This document shows positions 33,301 through 34,794 of a DNA stretch of 34,794 nt, one piece after another. The notes beneath the pieces are model-generated. The model was not told the origin of the DNA. It worked only from the letters and a program-made list of their open reading frames with translations, and did no database searches. The stretch comes from a virus (Duplodnaviria; Caudoviricetes), in the IMG/VR virus record IMGVR_UViG_3300024249_000020, positions 1-34,794 of that record. One strand, 5' to 3'. Both the position numbers and the translations under genes were made by a program. The stretch's first letter is position 1. Each line of letters opens with the position of its first letter.

Positions 33301-34794
33301 GGCTGCCGAGCGGTTCGCCTACACCGATGTCGCCCTGGACCAGCTGGTGATGCAGCGCCGGATGGAGATGCTGGACGAGATCAGCCTGATCGAGGCGAAG
33401 ATCGTTCCCGGCCTCGACATCCACGAGGTGGAGCGGATCGAGCGTGAGGTGCTGGGCGCCCGCGCCGACCTCGATGCGTTCATCGCCCGCGTCGAGCTGC
33501 TCCGTGCCGACGACCCGGCAGGCCAGGCCGTCGACATGTTCTCCTTCCACACCGACCCGTTGACCGAGACCGACCGGCAGCGGGAGATCATCGGCTACAT
33601 CATGACCAGGCCGGACACGTTCCGGCGTAAGTCGCAGTCCAGCATCCAGATCATGATGAAGCTGACCGGCCAGCTCGAGGATCCGTCCCGCGCCGGGCAG
33701 GTGGACCTGACCAAGGCGGAGTGGGAGCACCTGTCACGGGCGACGGTGACCGTCTTCCTCGACGACCTGGTGTCCACCGGCTCCGGCGGCATCTCGGTCT
33801 CGCCGTACCCGGACGAGTCGCGGGCCGACAACCGCCGCTACTACGACACGTCGTACGCCTACCTGGCCGACACGCTGCTGAACCCGGACGGCCCGATCCT
33901 CAAGGCCGGTGTCGACATCCACCGGTGGGCCGGGCTGCAGGGTGACCTGGCACCCAGCCCGACCGAGCTGAAGCGGACCGTCGAGCTGAACCTGTACCCG
34001 GACTTCCGGTACGGCCCGTGGACCGGGGACATCCCGCGGGCCTCCATCGAGGCCAACCAGCGGCTCGACTCGGCTGCGTCCAAGCCGGTGATCGCGATGG
34101 TCGGGAACTCCCCGAAGCGGCAGGCCGCGAAGTCCGCAGCCACCCGCCGCACCTTCCGGGTTCCAGGCGAGGAGCTGCTGTCGCGGGTCAGCCTGCAGCC
34201 GATCGACCTGGTCCGGTCGCTGTTCGACGAGGTGAAGGTGACCCACCCCGGTGACGTGGAGGTCAGCCGGCCACTGGCCCAGCTGAACAACCGCTTCGCC
34301 AGACGGGTGATGCTGCGCTTCCGCGATCCGGCCAACCCGATCGACGAGGCGCCGCCGATCGACCTGCTGATCTCCGACACCAACCTGGGTCACGTCTTCC
34401 ACACCGACGATGTGGCATCCGGGTCCGGGTACAAGGAGATCCACCTGGACCGGCTGCGCACCGCGATCGAGGCGTCCGGCGTCGACCCGGCCAACATCAT
34501 CAGCGTCGACGTCGACTTCTTCCACCCCGACTCACAGCCTGTGGACAGCGATGAGGACAAGCGCACCGGGCGCACCTGGTACAACAACCTGTTCTTCGAG
34601 GGCACCTCGTTCAAGCGTGACGCCGACCGGGCCCAGTCGCTGAACGAGACACTGTGGTTCACCGAGGGCGGCATCAACCCGGTGATGCAGGCGTGGGGCC
34701 TGGACGCCTCGAAGCTCGGACGCTCCGCCATCGAGGTCATCAAGACCAAGACCCACGCCGAGCGCAAGCTGCTGGAGACCGACTGGGCCACCGA
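27323..34794 (+). CDS. Giant virion/ejection protein (at least 2490 aa, 3'-truncated) containing a putative two-barrel RNA polymerase catalytic domain
   Basis: CAGGAG RBS then GTG at 27323. The same frame reads with GC3-biased codons at every point checked, up to the window end (...LLETDWAT). Gly-zipper hydrophobic segment at 27986-28138, GEGTEEIIQ at 29090, VTRDP (R900) and GDYDGDK (D942/D944/D946; nt 30146-30160). Confidence 0.85.
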   Translation, partial: MGRYDSGALQPWLGQSQNPAAPEGLQQAATAGGGVAAGIPRYDSSKLGQWVTDPEIGYTGAAQSWYTGANFDGTNNGYDNQFVNDYMTRWNTALENGTANTYFESPDATGIVTWDHTGTDGKQYRYGDVYQDGKKVANLYDQKDGGFDKNTANLAMSTWTLSADQKAQAFSASDPLQHLNREITRQRDKDNVDIPQQLKAMEFNADVKDTADRFEQGNTDEAIILGGAAGGAGVGAGAGAAAGSFFFGVGAAPGALVGGAIGGLVGGIGAALNKDSLTEQAARAYEITALSTDQYGGWAGAATGVQQWGGFAGKLISPLQNVDQGLVDVAYGKVGDGTSEFYRTDKAGDSTVPSWVKLADIGAAIGDGALQFASPVGAGLYTAQMGSTIGGETAELALTGGAQFDYNRGGFDNVFTDEKGNFSPTQAAAGIGKIGIDVAQLGLARGLLSKAQVGRAAADIPEVGAAAPGILGDVGKVAYGKPVLRDVLPTWAGGRTAEQAAAIRAGGREEIEAGHRYYTDELGNVVGQRYRTIGLLAPSEAISSLSTRVIALRAKEVGQGALKADDFYRAAQSMAQGERRFTTALVNGFGEGTEEIIQSALENYSHGHGVGTMQEMVNSGIYGAAGGVGMGLGINSRGPTAEDKLDGQVRIAHYFQTGGEVLSDEALKAMTPTEKRAKAQMGKLERETAKAAFTKYADDRAADFTAGIAGVNKVVDAISTSRADALKKAAPHTDQPFVITQIQDAGQVDANGELLPGSMPSDAVVSSGAQLMRNFGNRMRGVGEQLALLERNETDAQAALDAAPADEGLQADLAKIQAHITQVNEMIRLGQALGREIDDRVTRMYDPAATPAMVLAETEGLNQFLRDAFNRRADNVAGTPVVTDEERMALARTVSQVVTRDPQDQSGSYQVLVPQASPKLTVSRSDNVLEVSHAILPAIRGDYDGDKVRTQNQLLLDEDKFVAARAGMHFLGAGVSVNVKAPKYEKWVVQYLSEAYDSTEPALVNAAAGATTSITEAIRRRYEDIIPGETLDEVFDKFFAAVRDGNEDSRSVLLDGLLEVADGPINAFARGNLSNEWLWMDQLVRATFQAFQEDYASYRPLLGPTPGSRRGRPVKRVSEARERRAQRSATTGQTIGNWLAGDAMFRKFQKLHYTSLTASVLSSATPTQRAELYALAESYEMLSAGSTLSELDRVHGLDEITSRVIAQLRTLANNATDFDPSLTSTQAMAVMANTAVLDFDYDSDGNVTTTGREITLAQMLLKQELRRDRVKKDAIFEISPELQAKHARLGQMTKPDGQGTKGSGVNAQRAFVEVFGAFQLFTLVGDAAGLMGPHISVEQYVRFYTAKDEKERKSEDYKLRNEAAYLGRESSANMPYSVAEVAAGDVSPYRSVVDALLSVGHHRITVDTKVATSDDFSTEHLNGEFADAHYRTSKAFKKAHADIREALFKFSELSGRRADELTLDMVQRMLDQNPTFAEKVMALIPDAAANAVFERRDDDLYIANWVYKMFTIRDANKAEMHYWRNVLLAQWEALGLNARTEKDADGHQGRRYSKLDRRMFRILYDLSPNMQADGGLLMTKFMQTLQNAENLEQFLRWVNTTPGIRGNQAPIVGWYDDTAAFDADKANGGWSTGMEGSTQREAIASLQVGAQYLVKDLVEEQNIQRSDNQVYSAIERVLKADAGAPNVTATSEDRRYYDAFVKSISNAREMNVGLGPQALMYQVVGAVRGFYPKAHNKGENPDNVDPAGAFDAMRDAYDYTTNYERFKASMTAVNLDALGGNLSQLAKDGVVSMDDEGRQVEWEMPVDSEGNPTPESVARALALLSNPDTRPLARGVLFPQVMERGPEGRLTTQMLVGKDLKSLLEGDHYKSMFARDGSIDNDSAMRYCAMLEATARNHDGHFSVQRIVNDIVIAETSGANHVLSVTEIERAAQRAFRTVAKIVQDAASVASVPDLSGPATLKKVMREVHDARRIQRTAGLMGFGARPGEDIKEAAERFAYTDVALDQLVMQRRMEMLDEISLIEAKIVPGLDIHEVERIEREVLGARADLDAFIARVELLRADDPAGQAVDMFSFHTDPLTETDRQREIIGYIMTRPDTFRRKSQSSIQIMMKLTGQLEDPSRAGQVDLTKAEWEHLSRATVTVFLDDLVSTGSGGISVSPYPDESRADNRRYYDTSYAYLADTLLNPDGPILKAGVDIHRWAGLQGDLAPSPTELKRTVELNLYPDFRYGPWTGDIPRASIEANQRLDSAASKPVIAMVGNSPKRQAAKSAATRRTFRVPGEELLSRVSLQPIDLVRSLFDEVKVTHPGDVEVSRPLAQLNNRFARRVMLRFRDPANPIDEAPPIDLLISDTNLGHVFHTDDVASGSGYKEIHLDRLRTAIEASGVDPANIISVDVDFFHPDSQPVDSDEDKRTGRTWYNNLFFEGTSFKRDADRAQSLNETLWFTEGGINPVMQAWGLDASKLGRSAIEVIKTKTHAERKLLETDWAT

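Noticed and set aside
27224-33730. 2168-aa minus-strand ORF, the longest in the track
   Set aside because: It is the antisense shadow of the real + strand giant gene. Its composition (rich in R, V, H, G, L) is what the reverse complement of GC3-biased codons gives. The + frame has the RBS, normal composition and motifs, and was omitted only because it has no stop in the window.
1-34794. Prophage or integrated state
   Set aside because: No integrase, repressor, att-like junction or host housekeeping genes were seen. The whole window looks phage-derived, though the unseen remainder cannot be judged.

Overview
About 35 kb of a high-GC tailed bacteriophage genome, probably a podovirus infecting an actinobacterium. 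From memory, the gene organisation resembles the Microbacterium cluster EK/EM podoviruses; I could not check this against a database. Left to right: (1) the 3' part of a virion tail/nozzle-like gene and a small basic protein; (2) a leftward lysis cassette (acidic peptide, small conserved protein, M23 peptidase, two tiny membrane proteins missing from the ORF track); (3) a ~240-bp dyad-symmetric GTAGACAC repeat element; (4) a rightward assembly/packaging operon (scaffold-like protein, EEP-family enzyme, terminase large subunit, two paralogous TerS-like genes); (5) a ~16-kb leftward replication/early arm (prim-pol, SF3 and SF2 helicases, HicA-like toxin, RuvC, family A DNA polymerase, Cas4-like nuclease, SSB, VWA plus AAA+ ATPase, nucleotidyltransferase, small membrane proteins); (6) a second GTAGACAC/CGACACGCCG repeat element, an isolated small gene and an AT-rich inverted-repeat region where strand composition flips; (7) a membrane protein, a collagen-like protein and a giant + strand gene (27323 to beyond the window, at least 2490 aa). 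The ORF track misses the giant gene because it has no stop codon in the window. Main result: this giant protein has ejection-protein-like glycine-rich hydrophobic segments followed by an RxP...DYDGD signature of two-barrel (DPBB) RNA polymerases, so it is a candidate virion-injected single-chain RNA polymerase. No integrase, tRNA or CRISPR array was seen. Portal and major capsid genes were not recognised and presumably lie outside the window.
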